Shown here one piece after another: positions 10,571 to 21,800 of a DNA stretch of 53,066 bases. The stretch comes from an uncultured archaeon (GTDB taxonomy: Archaea > Asgardarchaeota > Lokiarchaeia > Sigyniarchaeales > SOKP01): NCBI GenBank assembly GCA_964486045.1, contig CAZALK010000024.1:1-53066 (forward strand). The letters run 5' to 3'. Each line of letters opens with the position of its first letter. The stretch's first letter is position 1. The translations under genes and the position numbers were made by a program. Below the pieces are notes generated by a model that saw nothing but the letters and a program-made list of their open reading frames with translations, was not told the DNA's origin and searched no databases.

Positions 10571-11047
10571 TTAATTTGTTTTGAGTTCTTTTAATATCTT
10601 TTCTAAAATTTGTATAATCCGCTCTTTATAGGTAATCTGATTAGGGTAATTATAACTGAAACTTCGCCAATAAGGACGTTTATGACCGATTTTAAACTTA
10701 ACTCCCTTCATAGATGTCATATAAGAGTTCTCATCAATTTTAGTCGCTATTTGATCAGCGATTATGTACCAATGAAATTTGGTTTTTAGACTCGCCCCGG
10801 AATTCTTAGGAGCAGAATGGGATCGTGTTTTCAAACTGTTGAAGGTAAAACTCCATTTATTTGGAGCTTTTTTGGTTTCAAGCCACTTACCGTTATTATA
10901 ATCCCAATTATGAGAGCCTCCCACCCTCATACCAGTATAAACTTTTTTATCATGGATCTTATATGTATCATACATCTTATTTTCAATATTGTATAAAATT
11001 CCATGATCTAAAAAATCAAGTTTATATAAATATCTTAAAAGTCTCAA
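10571..11047 (-). CDS. Conserved hypothetical basic protein (true start may be the internal MYDTYK)
   Basis: Well-formed globular ORF with YTGMRVGGSHNW and FHWYIIADQ; no function recognised. Confidence 0.7.
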   Translation of the reverse strand: MRLLRYLYKLDFLDHGILYNIENKMYDTYKIHDKKVYTGMRVGGSHNWDYNNGKWLETKKAPNKWSFTFNSLKTRSHSAPKNSGASLKTKFHWYIIADQIATKIDENSYMTSMKGVKFKIGHKRPYWRSFSYNYPNQITYKERIIQILEKILKELKTN

Positions 11048-11098
11048 AATTTATTGAATAACAAAAAAAACAATCAAAAAAAAAAATATTATTAGTTA

Positions 11099-11509
11099 TT
11101 ATTCTGATGTTTTCCATTCATATTTAGTTGGACCAGCAAATATTAAGACTATTGCAGGAATTATGACTAGCCATCCTCCCCACCAATAACCGAATAAATC
11201 TAAGAGTATTCCCCATAAAAGCATCCATGGGAGCCTAATATTTCCTATAGGCAATACCCAATTCAGCAGGGAATCCCAATCTTTTTTAGAACATTTCATG
11301 GAGAATTTGGGCAAAATAATAAAAAAGGATATCAAAATTGCTATAATCCCACTTACGATTAACCAGATAGGATTTCCCCAACCAACTATTATAAAGGGTA
11401 GAGATATGAAACCCCATAATATATTAATAACCCCACTTATAATTCCTAAAATCCAAGCATATTGTCCTAAAAGAGATACCCATGATGCATGTTTCCATTC
11501 TACACTCAT
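11099..11509 (-). CDS. Small Trp-rich membrane protein
   Basis: 3-4 hydrophobic segments, clean ATG start. Confidence 0.75.
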   Translation of the reverse strand: MSVEWKHASWVSLLGQYAWILGIISGVINILWGFISLPFIIVGWGNPIWLIVSGIIAILISFFIILPKFSMKCSKKDWDSLLNWVLPIGNIRLPWMLLWGILLDLFGYWWGGWLVIIPAIVLIFAGPTKYEWKTSE

Positions 11510-11688
11510 ATTTTAAACCTCAGATCTTATTTTTTAACTATTTTAATAGTTGTTTTGAATTTTTAAGTAAAAGTCTTTAACTTACTTAGATATAAATAAT
11601 CTGTATAATATTTATGTAAAATTACAAATTCTTATTAGTTAGATAATAACCGTAAACTTGAGAATTAAATAATCGAGAAATTCTAATT

Positions 11689-13143
11689 CTAACTTTGTTC
11701 GAGAATTTCTCCTACGTAATAAAATCCTACGATATTTCCCCTTCTTTCAAATTTTCTCGAAACTAATAAGATTATTACATGTTCATTTTCATTAAGCAGT
11801 TTTATTTCAACAGCACTTTTTACAGATTGTTCTACTATCTCTTCCGCATCCGCATTGAAGAAATCGATATTTTCTATATGTAATGGCTGTACTCCCCAAA
11901 CAAGGCTCAATTCTCTCGCTGTTCTCTTAAAAGGAGTGATTGCTATAATTGGTAAAGGGGGGCGATATTTTGCTATCATTCTTGCTCCATAACCTCCTCG
12001 GGTTATGACGAGGATTTTCCCTCTAAAGTTTAATTGTTGCATTTCTGATGCCAATGAATAAATAACATGACCTAAAGTCTGTGTATGGGTCAATCTATCA
12101 GAATCATATTCATCTGGAACGCGTTGTGGCATATTCTCAGTTGCTGTTTTGGCAATCTGATTCATAGATTGAACAGCTTTAATAGGGTACTTACCTACTG
12201 CAGTTTCTCCAGAAAGCATGACTGCATCACTCCCATCAAATACAGCATTAAATACATCGTTAGCTTCTGCTCGAGTTGGAATCGGAGCACTTATCATAGA
12301 CTCAAGCATCTGAGTTGCAACTATTACTGGTTTACCTTCCTTATTACACTTATAAATCATACTCTTTTGTTTTAAGGGTACTTTATCTGGAGCAATTTCT
12401 ACACCTAAATCCCCTCGAGCAACCATAATTCCGTCGCTTACCTCTAATATAGAATCAAAATTGTCTAAGGCAACAGGTCTTTCGATCTTAGAAATTAATT
12501 TAATTTTGTTATTACCATAATTTTCAAGTATTTTTTTTACATGAAGGACATCACTCCCATCGGAGACAAAAGAGATTGCTACAAATTCTGTATTCAATTC
12601 TGCAATTAATTTTAAGTCTTCTATATCCTTTTGGGTGGGAACTCTTTGCTTTAATTCTCCTGTAGGTATATTAACACCTTTTCTATCACTTATCATGCCC
12701 CCTGCTAAGACTTTTCCTACCAAATAATCTTCTGCTTTACTCTTTACCTCAATTTTAATAATACCATCATTTACAAAAAAAACTTCTCCAACCCTCATAG
12801 ATTTTAGGAACCCTTTTAATGGTATTGAAAACTGTTCCTGATCTCCTTCAATTTCTTTCTCAAATACCTTTACTTCTTGTCCAATATTTAGACTAAAGGC
12901 ACTTTTATCCTTAAATTTCCCAACTCTTATTTTTGGTCCTTGAATATCAGCTAGAATTCCTACTTTATTATCAACTGATCTAATATTTTTCGTAAGCTCT
13001 CTTTTTTCGGCATGAGTTCCATGTGAAAAATTTAAACGGAATATATCAACTCCTGCATCCACAAGTTTTCTAAGCATTACCTTTGAACTTGAAGCTGGAC
13101 CAAGTGTACTAACAATCTTTACAGTATTTTCTCTTTGAGACAT
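11689..13143 (-). CDS. pyk: Pyruvate kinase
   Basis: KIVSTLGPAS, RLNFSHG, DIQGPKIR, MVARGDLGVE, ATQMLESM, PTRAE, MLSGETA. Confidence 0.97.
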   Translation of the reverse strand: MSQRENTVKIVSTLGPASSSKVMLRKLVDAGVDIFRLNFSHGTHAEKRELTKNIRSVDNKVGILADIQGPKIRVGKFKDKSAFSLNIGQEVKVFEKEIEGDQEQFSIPLKGFLKSMRVGEVFFVNDGIIKIEVKSKAEDYLVGKVLAGGMISDRKGVNIPTGELKQRVPTQKDIEDLKLIAELNTEFVAISFVSDGSDVLHVKKILENYGNNKIKLISKIERPVALDNFDSILEVSDGIMVARGDLGVEIAPDKVPLKQKSMIYKCNKEGKPVIVATQMLESMISAPIPTRAEANDVFNAVFDGSDAVMLSGETAVGKYPIKAVQSMNQIAKTATENMPQRVPDEYDSDRLTHTQTLGHVIYSLASEMQQLNFRGKILVITRGGYGARMIAKYRPPLPIIAITPFKRTARELSLVWGVQPLHIENIDFFNADAEEIVEQSVKSAVEIKLLNENEHVIILLVSRKFERRGNIVGFYYVGEILEQS

Positions 13144-13251
13144 TATAATAAACCTTTTATAATCCTAAATAACCTGGTTATTCAATATAATAATAAAATC
13201 TGGGATTTAATAATAATTAATAATATTATTATGTTTATCCTTTAAAATTAT

Positions 13252-13716
13252 TCATCTTGTAAGATCCTTCAATCTAACAAGTTTTCTTCGAAATTCTTTT
13301 CGAACTGATTGTAAAACTTTGATTGAGGGGATATAATTATTAATAGTTTGAATTTCTACCATACATAGCAATTGAATTCTTAATGTTTTGGGATAAATAG
13401 AATACTGAATTAATTTTAAATCATGTTTTAGGACAATTTCTCTTGCCAGTTGTACTAGTAAATCAGAACTGTTATTAGCAAACGAGATGACTAAGAAATT
13501 TCTGAATCTGGGTTTTTTTGAATAATTTTTTAATATAATTAAAAAGAAATTCTTTAAATTTACATTTAAATCATAGATCGATTTCACAGAAAGTGAATAC
13601 TGTATATTATCTATATTTTCTGCAATTGGAGGATAATTTCCCCTGACCTTCTTAATTTTACCTATAATATCACTTTTTATAAAAGATTTTAAATCCTCTT
13701 CGTTCGAATTAGTCAT
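13252..13716 (-). CDS. Hypothetical protein
   Basis: 154-aa ORF with ATG start; no motif recognised. Confidence 0.6.
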   Translation of the reverse strand: MTNSNEEDLKSFIKSDIIGKIKKVRGNYPPIAENIDNIQYSLSVKSIYDLNVNLKNFFLIILKNYSKKPRFRNFLVISFANNSSDLLVQLAREIVLKHDLKLIQYSIYPKTLRIQLLCMVEIQTINNYIPSIKVLQSVRKEFRRKLVRLKDLTR

Positions 13717-13931
13717 ATTTTAAGAATTTAATATTAATTTAAGGGATCTAGGTTAATAGAGAAAATGCATTTTTAATATAAATCTTTTCTACTAAATTCT
13801 GTTTCAAGTTCTTAAAGAATTTCTTTTACAGGAAATCCTTTTTCAAGATTTCACTGTATTTTGAGCTTTAAGAGTTGATTTATTTCTAACTAAAATTGAT
13901 TTTGATAAATGAAGATTGAACCTTGAATAAC

Positions 13932-13991
13932 TTAAAACTTCGTTTTATTAATTAAAACTTCGTTTTAGTAATTAAAACTTCGTTTTAGTAA
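13932..13991. repeat. Tandem repeat, 3 x 20 bp (TTAAAACTTCGTTTTAGTAA), each unit internally palindromic
   Basis: Units at 13932, 13952 and 13972; one mismatch in the first; each has TAAAAC-TTC-GTTTTA dyad symmetry. Confidence 0.9.
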
Positions 13992-14229
13992 AAACAATGA
14001 TGTTATCTGAGTTTTTGGACACACAAATTGAAGATGTTTAGTATATTTGAGAAAGATTTAAATACCTTTTCTGTCATTAATATTGGTGATACATTCTATC
14101 ACCGACATTAAATAATGATTTTCTGTTGGGAAATTCAGAATAATTTAAGGCGTTTAAGCGATATTTGTAATTAAGGGATTCAGTTAGATATACTTTTAGC
14201 AAAACTCAATTAAATAGTAGCATAAAAAT

Positions 14230-14442
14230 ATGTCAGTTATCTCAAATGTAAGTAAGAATCAGAAAATTATAAGAAAATTCATTGATATGGATAAACACAA
14301 GAATGTATTTTATAATAACATCTATTTAGAAAGCCAAAAAATCGTAATAAAGATGCCTTTGATTCCAACAGAGGATTCAGACAACAAAATTAAAATAAAG
14401 AAATTTGACTTAGAAAAATATATCTTTCTAGTTAACTATTAA
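14230..14442 (+). CDS. Small hypothetical protein
   Basis: 70-aa ORF downstream of a TATA-like box (14057) and a stem-loop. Confidence 0.4.
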   Translation: MSVISNVSKNQKIIRKFIDMDKHKNVFYNNIYLESQKIVIKMPLIPTEDSDNKIKIKKFDLEKYIFLVNY

Positions 14443-14617
14443 AAATTGTTGTTTTATTTTTGAGGGGGGTGTATTTTTTTAGTTCCTTATTCCAACATGA
14501 GAAGCACAGAAAACTCCCGTTTTCCAATAATACTAAATCTTTAGTAGCACGGAGCATTCCGCAAGTAAAACATTTTTCCATGATAAAAATGATTGAGGAA
14601 TTTTGTTTTGATTAAAT

Positions 14618-15745
14618 TTAAGTCTTTCTCGATGCGATTTCTTGTATTTTATGCTTTCGATGCCTAATCCTGTCGAATAAATCATCCATTGAAGGATAGG
14701 GAGTAAATTCTCTTTCCTTTTTATTAAGTTGTATTGCCTCTGAGGGACATTTAGCTACGCAATTTCCACACCCTATACATTTCCTCCGTTTTATCGAAGA
14801 TACTTCATTTTTAAGAGATATAGCATTCATCTGACAAATTTCTTCGCAAGTACCGCAACCAGTACACAATTCAGAATCCACTTCAGCGTAATAATTAGTT
14901 ATTGTAAAGTTTCCCGGAGATGCTAACTTTTTCAGTGTTGTAAGAAATTCACAACAACATCCACAACAACTACATATAAAACTTAAATGTTGAGAGTCAT
15001 CTGGTTGTAAAACTAAACCATCATCTTCATTATTTCTTAAGATTTCAAGAGCTTCTTTCTTACTTATAGAACGACCCCAACCTTGATCAATATACAATTG
15101 AGCAGGTTCACCGAAGCCAAGACATAGCTCTCTTCGGGATGTTGTCTTACAGGGATCCTTCATCACATCCTTCATTTGTCTACATACACAATTTACCGCT
15201 ACATAAGGTCCTTCTGTTGTATCAAGGAGTTTTAATAGGTCATCATAATTACTTACATTATGTTTAGGTTCAATACTTTGTTCAACAGGAATAGTTCGTA
15301 ATTGTGCTCCTTTTACTTTCAGAGCTTCAGGCCACCAACCTTGATTCATATATTCGAGAAAATCTTCTACAAATCCCTCTGTTAGTTTGTTGACTTGAAA
15401 CTCAAACATTCCTACTGCTAATTCTGCATTCCCATAAAATTTTTTCCCACTTTTTCGCTTGGACATTATTGATCCTTTCAAAGCCATTGCATCTAATATC
15501 TTTTCTAATTTTTCCTGAGAAATCCCTGTTTTTCTTACTCTTTCATGAATAGTTTCTAAAGTCTCTAAATCTCGATCCCATCCAAACTTTAAAAATATGG
15601 CGATTTTGGCTTCTTCAGGAGTAAAAAGATGTTTCAATAGGCGTATATCAGCCCCAGATTTTACTGCAGGGAAGCCAATTGGCATTTTATTGAGGTGTTC
15701 TTGTAAATTTCGGTAAACTTCTACTTCTTCTTCAGCATTACTCAT
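14618..15745 (-). CDS. 4Fe-4S ferredoxin-domain protein with N-terminal HTH-like region
   Basis: CVCRQ, ICSCCGCCC, and two CxxCxxCxxxC motifs (CTGCGTCEEIC, CIGCGNCVAKCP). Confidence 0.88.
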   Translation of the reverse strand: MSNAEEEVEVYRNLQEHLNKMPIGFPAVKSGADIRLLKHLFTPEEAKIAIFLKFGWDRDLETLETIHERVRKTGISQEKLEKILDAMALKGSIMSKRKSGKKFYGNAELAVGMFEFQVNKLTEGFVEDFLEYMNQGWWPEALKVKGAQLRTIPVEQSIEPKHNVSNYDDLLKLLDTTEGPYVAVNCVCRQMKDVMKDPCKTTSRRELCLGFGEPAQLYIDQGWGRSISKKEALEILRNNEDDGLVLQPDDSQHLSFICSCCGCCCEFLTTLKKLASPGNFTITNYYAEVDSELCTGCGTCEEICQMNAISLKNEVSSIKRRKCIGCGNCVAKCPSEAIQLNKKEREFTPYPSMDDLFDRIRHRKHKIQEIASRKT

Positions 15746-15879
15746 CTTTTTCTCAGCTGTAAAATAATTTTAAATTACATTAGTTTATGATCATTTACTT
15801 TTTAACTTTAATGCATGAAAATTTTAATTGATGATTTTTAAAAATCGATTAGAAATTCGAAATCAATAAACAAAATCTC

Positions 15880-16518
15880 TTAATTAAAGTGAATCCAGGC
15901 TTCACAAGTTCGAAGTGCTGTATATTTCTGAAGCTTTTCAGTAACAGAATCTATTTCTTCTTTTGTCAGAAAATATTTTTTTGTCCCATGACTTTCTAAA
16001 TCTCGAATTTTCTCCCTAATCGCACTTTTAGTATTATTTGAAAGTCGTTTAGTATATTTGATACTTTTTTCCTTAAGATTAAAATCTGTTTTTTCAAGAG
16101 ATTTAAGTTCTTCTATGTAACCTTGTTTGTCTAAGTTATCTAATTTATATTGTAAAAAATTTAGACTTTGATCTCGTAATTGAAACGCTTCATTAACAAA
16201 ATGCCCGTGATCAATAGATTTTCCCGTAAACATCATAATTACTTCCCAGATAATTAAAATAGAGATCAATAAGGTGAAGATATCTGCTATAAAGATGAAC
16301 AATCTAAATTCTGTAAATATACTAGAAGTCACTGTAAAAACTATAGAACTAGTAGCTATTAAGCTCAAGATCAACGTTAGTATCAGTTTAAATTTCTTTT
16401 TTTTTTCAGATTTATCCCAAAGTATCATGTGGGCTGCTTCGGCATCAATAGAGCGATTATAAGCTACTTTTATTTTAGCTATAGAAAGCTCTTTTAACTC
16501 TTCTAAGTCATTTTCCAT
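15880..16518 (-). CDS. SLATT-like two-TM protein
   Basis: N-terminal helix with AAH, two TM helices, then H-x..A..LR helix and soluble tail; resembles SLATT architecture. Confidence 0.55.
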   Translation of the reverse strand: MENDLEELKELSIAKIKVAYNRSIDAEAAHMILWDKSEKKKKFKLILTLILSLIATSSIVFTVTSSIFTEFRLFIFIADIFTLLISILIIWEVIMMFTGKSIDHGHFVNEAFQLRDQSLNFLQYKLDNLDKQGYIEELKSLEKTDFNLKEKSIKYTKRLSNNTKSAIREKIRDLESHGTKKYFLTKEEIDSVTEKLQKYTALRTCEAWIHFN

Positions 16519-16532
16519 TTTTTTTTCCCTTT

Positions 16533-17315
16533 TTAATCCCTGAAACCATAATATACGTTTACGAGAAGCAATAAGATTCCTTGAAATGATAAGTTGATTC
16601 CATACTGAGGTAAGGAAACTATCTGGTAATCGAAATTGAATGTATAAAACAGTAAGGCTGCTGTAGTAATAGATAACATTACAATCGATAATAAACTTTT
16701 ACCTTTACTCTTCCACCAGCTTTGTTCTTGTAACATTAATTTTTCAACAATTTCAGCATCCGAAAGTGAAGCATCCATATCCGCAACTTGTGCTTTTAAT
16801 TTTTTCTTTTCCCTAGCAGTAACAATGGATCTAAAAAATGCTCCAATCATAAAGAGGCTAACTATTAATAATACATCCACTAAAGTATTTGTTATCTGAA
16901 AAGAAATATTAGGGGTTAAAAATATCGCTATTTGAATAAAGACTAAGGTAGCTACTAGAGAAACCCTCACAGTAAATTTCGGTAGATAAAGGGGTTTCTT
17001 CTCATCTGTTAAGTTCAAAGTAACTAGTTCAGGATTTTTTATTTCATTAACAATTCTTTGTAATTTTTCATGCTCACTTCGCCTTGCTTCGAAGTAAAAT
17101 GCAACAACAATAAATATTGCATTTATAATCAAGGGTGGAATAGGATCTTGATTTAATAAATACCCAAAAGGAAATGTAGCAATCATTAGAGTAATAAACG
17201 CTCTAACAGTTCCACGTGGCATTCCAAGAGGAAGTCCTTCAACTTTCCCATCTTGTGAAAAACGATTTGCTAAAATCCAGATCAGTAAAATAAGACTTAA
17301 TATCCATGTGATCAT
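16533..17315 (-). CDS. Multi-pass membrane protein with internal repeat
   Basis: PLGMPRGTVRA...FYF and PLYLPKFTVR...FF repeat units; 14 bp upstream of the SLATT-like gene. Confidence 0.75.
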   Translation of the reverse strand: MITWILSLILLIWILANRFSQDGKVEGLPLGMPRGTVRAFITLMIATFPFGYLLNQDPIPPLIINAIFIVVAFYFEARRSEHEKLQRIVNEIKNPELVTLNLTDEKKPLYLPKFTVRVSLVATLVFIQIAIFLTPNISFQITNTLVDVLLIVSLFMIGAFFRSIVTAREKKKLKAQVADMDASLSDAEIVEKLMLQEQSWWKSKGKSLLSIVMLSITTAALLFYTFNFDYQIVSLPQYGINLSFQGILLLLVNVYYGFRD

Positions 17316-17382
17316 AATAAGAGAAGATAAAAACTCTAGTATTTTAAATGTTTTTCTTTTTCGCTGATCGATTTATACCGAC

Positions 17383-18273
17383 TTAAATTAGAGCAGCCAT
17401 ATCCTTAATAGAATGTGCTATATTTAACATGTCTTTGATTTTATCTTTGTTTTCATGTGTTAAATCTATCATCGATAAATTCGCTTCTTCAAGAAGTATC
17501 CCTTTCTTTAGCCAAGTATAATAAGCTAACTTATCATCTTTTTTTAAGAATGCCTCCATTACTTCATTAAAATATCGTTGAATTTTATTGTAAAAATCTA
17601 AAACTTCTTCGTTTAATCGAAGATCTTTTAAGATTTTCCCTATTTCCTCTATCTTTTCGCAGAACATACGATAATCCATAGCTTCGAGAGGTGTAAAATC
17701 GCTATCTTCTGAGATATAGATTCCTGTTCTTAAGTATGTTCTTATATGAATTACTAGAATAAAATAAAATTTCTTCAGTTGTTCAAAGTTGTAGTTTAAA
17801 TCTTCTAAAGACCCATCTTTTAAATCATCAAACATATTAGCTACAAGATATAGTAATCGTTGAATTAATTTTTTCGTAGGAATTTTCTTATACCCAAAAT
17901 TCTGGATTACTATTCTTTGTTTGTTTTCTTCAGTTATTTCTGTGTTAGGAAGACCATCAACATAGTACCTAATATCGTATTTTAGACTTCGATTAATTTC
18001 CTTATCTGATACAATTGCTATATTAGTCTGTCCATCGAAGCTCGCTTTAAGAAGCTCCCAAACAACATAGGAATTAGATTCTAGAACAATTTCATCCTTT
18101 GATATCTCATCACGATTCTCTGTTCTAGGAGAAATTGATAAGGTGCCATCATCTCGAAGTTCAATAGGTAAGGATGATCCAGCGTTTAAATCATAATTCA
18201 CAGTCCACTTTTTTGGTAAACTGATTACGAGAGATCCCCCAAGTTTTTGCAGTTTTCGATACAATCTATCCAT
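17383..18273 (-). CDS. AbrB-PhoU type archaeal phosphate-uptake regulator
   Basis: N-terminal RKLQKLGGSLVISLPKKW AbrB domain; PhoU-like helical region (RMFCEKIEEIG). Confidence 0.85.
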   Translation of the reverse strand: MDRLYRKLQKLGGSLVISLPKKWTVNYDLNAGSSLPIELRDDGTLSISPRTENRDEISKDEIVLESNSYVVWELLKASFDGQTNIAIVSDKEINRSLKYDIRYYVDGLPNTEITEENKQRIVIQNFGYKKIPTKKLIQRLLYLVANMFDDLKDGSLEDLNYNFEQLKKFYFILVIHIRTYLRTGIYISEDSDFTPLEAMDYRMFCEKIEEIGKILKDLRLNEEVLDFYNKIQRYFNEVMEAFLKKDDKLAYYTWLKKGILLEEANLSMIDLTHENKDKIKDMLNIAHSIKDMAALI

Positions 18274-18381
18274 AATTATAATATGAATCTATACAATATA
18301 TATATGTATATATACTTTATACGATATATTTATACATCAATCTATATATTTAAAATATAGAAAGCATAAAAATGAAAAAAA

Positions 18382-18525
18382 ATGTCATTATTTAAAAAAT
18401 CGAACAAGCCTAAAACAAATGGGCATAAATTTGATGAACTCGCATATAGACTTCAATTAAACCCTCGATATTATGAAGAACAAGAAATTCATAAGCTAAC
18501 CAGGGTTGTTAAAGCGTATATGTAA
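18382..18525 (+). CDS. Small hypothetical protein (47 aa), divergent from the PhoU-like regulator
   Basis: MSLFKKSNKPKTNGHKFDELAYRLQLNPRYYEEQEIHKLTRVVKAYM*, followed by a T-tract; not in the ORF track. Confidence 0.45.
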   Translation: MSLFKKSNKPKTNGHKFDELAYRLQLNPRYYEEQEIHKLTRVVKAYM

Positions 18526-18536
18526 ACCCAAATATC

Positions 18537-18601
18537 TATTTTTTACTCTATTTTTGAATTTTGTATTATTTAAACTAAAATTTAAATAATTCATTTTAGT
18601 G
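18537..18601 (+). repeat. 65-bp direct repeat, copy 1
   Basis: 61/65 identical to 22767..22831. Confidence 0.92.
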
Positions 18602-18605
18602 AGTT

Positions 18606-18805
18606 ATTATTTGCTACTCTCGTTTCCAAAACCGTATAAATAAAGGAATTTATAGTATATCTCTTTAAAGTGCCAAATATCGACGCCAGCATTCTTCATA
18701 CGTTCCAAGATTTTGATCGAATTAGAGCTAAAGGAGTTAGAATCCGGGATCAATAATTTTTTTAAATTACTTAAATTCTCAAGTCCTTTTATTTCTGTTA
18801 TGTTT
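18606..18805 (-). pseudogene. Leucine-rich-repeat protein C-terminal remnant
   Basis: Minus strand reads ITEIKGLENLSNLKKLLIPDSN...GFGNESSK*; LRR-like motif, in-frame stop just upstream and no start; limits approximate. Confidence 0.6.
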
Positions 18806-18833
18806 TATCTCTAAGGGAGGATTTACTAATTAA

Positions 18834-21800
18834 CTATCTCGTGCTTTGAATAAATCTTTTCTCTTTCAGTTGTTCTATTTCCCATTTTTTCCTTTCAGAG
18901 CGAAGTCGAAAAAGATCAATCTCTTTAAAAATTAAGCCTTCCTCCCTCTCAGGAACATTCCTTTCAACTCGTTCCTTTTCAGGGGTATAAATAAATGATT
19001 CTCCGTACTGAGCAATATTAGCGAAGAAACAGTATGCATATATCGATCGTCTAGCATCAAAATGTGCTGCTTTAAAATCCACAGTGACAGGTGTAAAGGC
19101 TGGATTAATGATAATGTCTACAGGTGGCTCAAAATTTTTCAATTCTACTCTTAAATCCATATCCAAAAAGTCTCGGCATATCAAGATTGCGATTCTACCA
19201 AATTTGGTATTACACACAATCGTCTTGTGCGGAGATGAACTTGTTAATATTCCCTCTTTGAATTTCTTCTCTCCAAAATGTATTATCGCGGGGATATGTT
19301 TTTTTTGCTCCCATAAAATTCCTTCTGGTCCAATTATTATACTCACATTTTGTTTAGATACATGATCGTGATAAGAACCGGGAACAACATACATATTGAA
19401 ATTTTTTGCTAAACTTGATAAATCCTCAAGAAAGCTCTTGTAATTAAGATCAATGGACATCTCAGGAAAGATTAGAATATCAATTCCAATATTGTGAGCT
19501 TTTTGAACCATTTCTTCAACTTTAGCTTTTACCATTTCGAGCTTGTCTTCTCTTAAACTTAAAAGACCAGTATCTTTTTCTTCGTAAAATTCGGGTATTA
19601 TGTCTCCAGATAGAGATAAACCAATTTGAGCAATGGCAACTTTACAATTCTTCTTAAGGATTTCTGGAGATTCTTTAACCAAATCTTTATAAATTAGCTC
19701 ATATTTCTTTTTTGCTCTATCTTTCTCCGTGAAACTAATTGTTTCTTCAGATAACTCGTTAATCTCGCTAATTCTTGGAGATTGGCTTGTTTCTACTGGA
19801 CATGACGGCGCAACTATACCCTCCACACTTTGTGAAACGGAGGGTTTTTTTATTGTATTTAGAGCAGAAACAATTATTTCTTCTTCCTTCGATATTCTAT
19901 CTAATCTTTCTAAAACTTCATTTTTCCTTTCTATGTACCCTGATTTGTCAAAAAGCTCCGCTGCTGAGTTTAAATATGTAGATCCAATATTTAAAAACTC
20001 TTGTTTTTTGTTAATATCTAATTCTTCATCTGCTCTGATTAAATACCAAGCACCATCAAAATATGTTGATGTTGCAAGAGCCCATGCAGCTCCATTTTTA
20101 AAACCACCCTTTTCATAAGAATTAGCTGCCTTTCTAAGGAATGATTTTACTTTTGGGTATATGAGAATTTTAGCATTGATATCATCAGATTTGTCAAACC
20201 TACAACCTTCTTCCAAGGCCGTACAAAAATTTGAATTTCCCTGAGCTAGGAATTTTAATTTACTTCCAGTAAAGAATTCACTAGCTTTTAGGAATATTTT
20301 AGAAGCTTCTTTAAACTTCATAGGTTCTTCAAAGTTTTCTGCTAATTCCATTCTTTCCCAAGCACTACAAAGATGAAAAATTGCTTCAAGTTCTACTTTT
20401 TCTTCCTCAATATTGAATAACAAACAAGTATCTTTGAATTGAGTTGCTGCTAATGCAAATTTTTCAGCAGCCGCAACATGCTCTCCTTGTTTTCCTGAAA
20501 TTCTTGCTTCCTCAAGATTTATTCTTGCTGAACAATAGTTGATTCTGACTTTAGCCGCTTTCCCAAGTTTTTTTAGGTCTTTTGATTGTCTCCTATTTTT
20601 TCTAATAAATCTAATCATCATCATTGCTGTATCAAAAAGATCTTTACTCTTTTCATAACTGCTTATAGCTTCCTTATATTTTTCATGCTTGCTAAGTTCT
20701 TCTGCTTCCTCCAAAAATACCCATGCACCATAATAATTAGCTTCATAATTGAAGCTTGGTAAATTTGTTAAAATTTCTGATGCCTTTTTATAACATTCTT
20801 TTGCATTCAAATGTTGTTCTCTTTTATGAAATGACTTCGCTTTTTCAATTAAATTCCAAGCTTTAACATACTTTATTTTTTCATTAACTCTATCTTTTAA
20901 TAGTTTAAATTCAATTTCCACTAATGATTTATTATGTGCTTTTTCGGCTTTATCATAATATTCTGCAGAAGCCAGGTGATTTCCTAATCGATCTTCTAAC
21001 CGGGCTATATATTCATAACAAGCAGCAGTATAATGATAATAATAACCTTTTTCTGATGTTTCTTCAATTATATGTAGAAATAACTCCCTAGCTTCCATCA
21101 AGGGTTTTTTCTCAGTGGTTAGAATTCCTAATTCCTCATGAAGTAAGCCTAAACGCATTTGAGCTGCCAAAAATAAGTTATAGGATTCGATTGCATATTT
21201 AATATTACTCGTAGCAGCTTCAATAGCGACCTTTAAATGTTTGATTTTGGTCTCTTTATCTTTAACAATATCTGCCATAGTTTTATTAGCTCTGTATATC
21301 GAATCAAAACCAGCTGATCTAACATTTCCTCCATAATATCCTTTAGAATAATTTTTAGCCTGATCTGCATAATAAAACATTTTTTGAATATATTCCTGTT
21401 GAGGATCATCTTCTTCGGCAAGAATCACTAATTGTGAGTAAAATCGAGTTAATGATTGAGAATCTAGGGCAAAAAAAGGTCCAAATGTAAGGTTATCTAA
21501 TTCTTTTTTTGCGAAATTTATTCCCGCTTTTGCAAAGGATTTCCTTGTCTCATCCTTAAAAAAACTTTTACTGGCAAAATTAAGGTAATATATAAGAGAT
21601 AGGTGAGATATATAGGGACCTTGAAGAGTATAAAAACCATCATAAACTTTACTGAAAATCTTGAGTTCATGTACGTCACTAAAAATTCTCTTCTGATAAT
21701 ACTCAAATCTTCCAAAAAGACCAGCTAAATAATCCAATGTATAAATTGCATAGATTAAATTAATATAATCTTTTGTAGTCCTGAAGAAAATTATTGCCTT

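Noticed and set aside
13932-13991. CRISPR array
   Set aside because: Repeats are contiguous with no spacers, and there are no cas genes in the window
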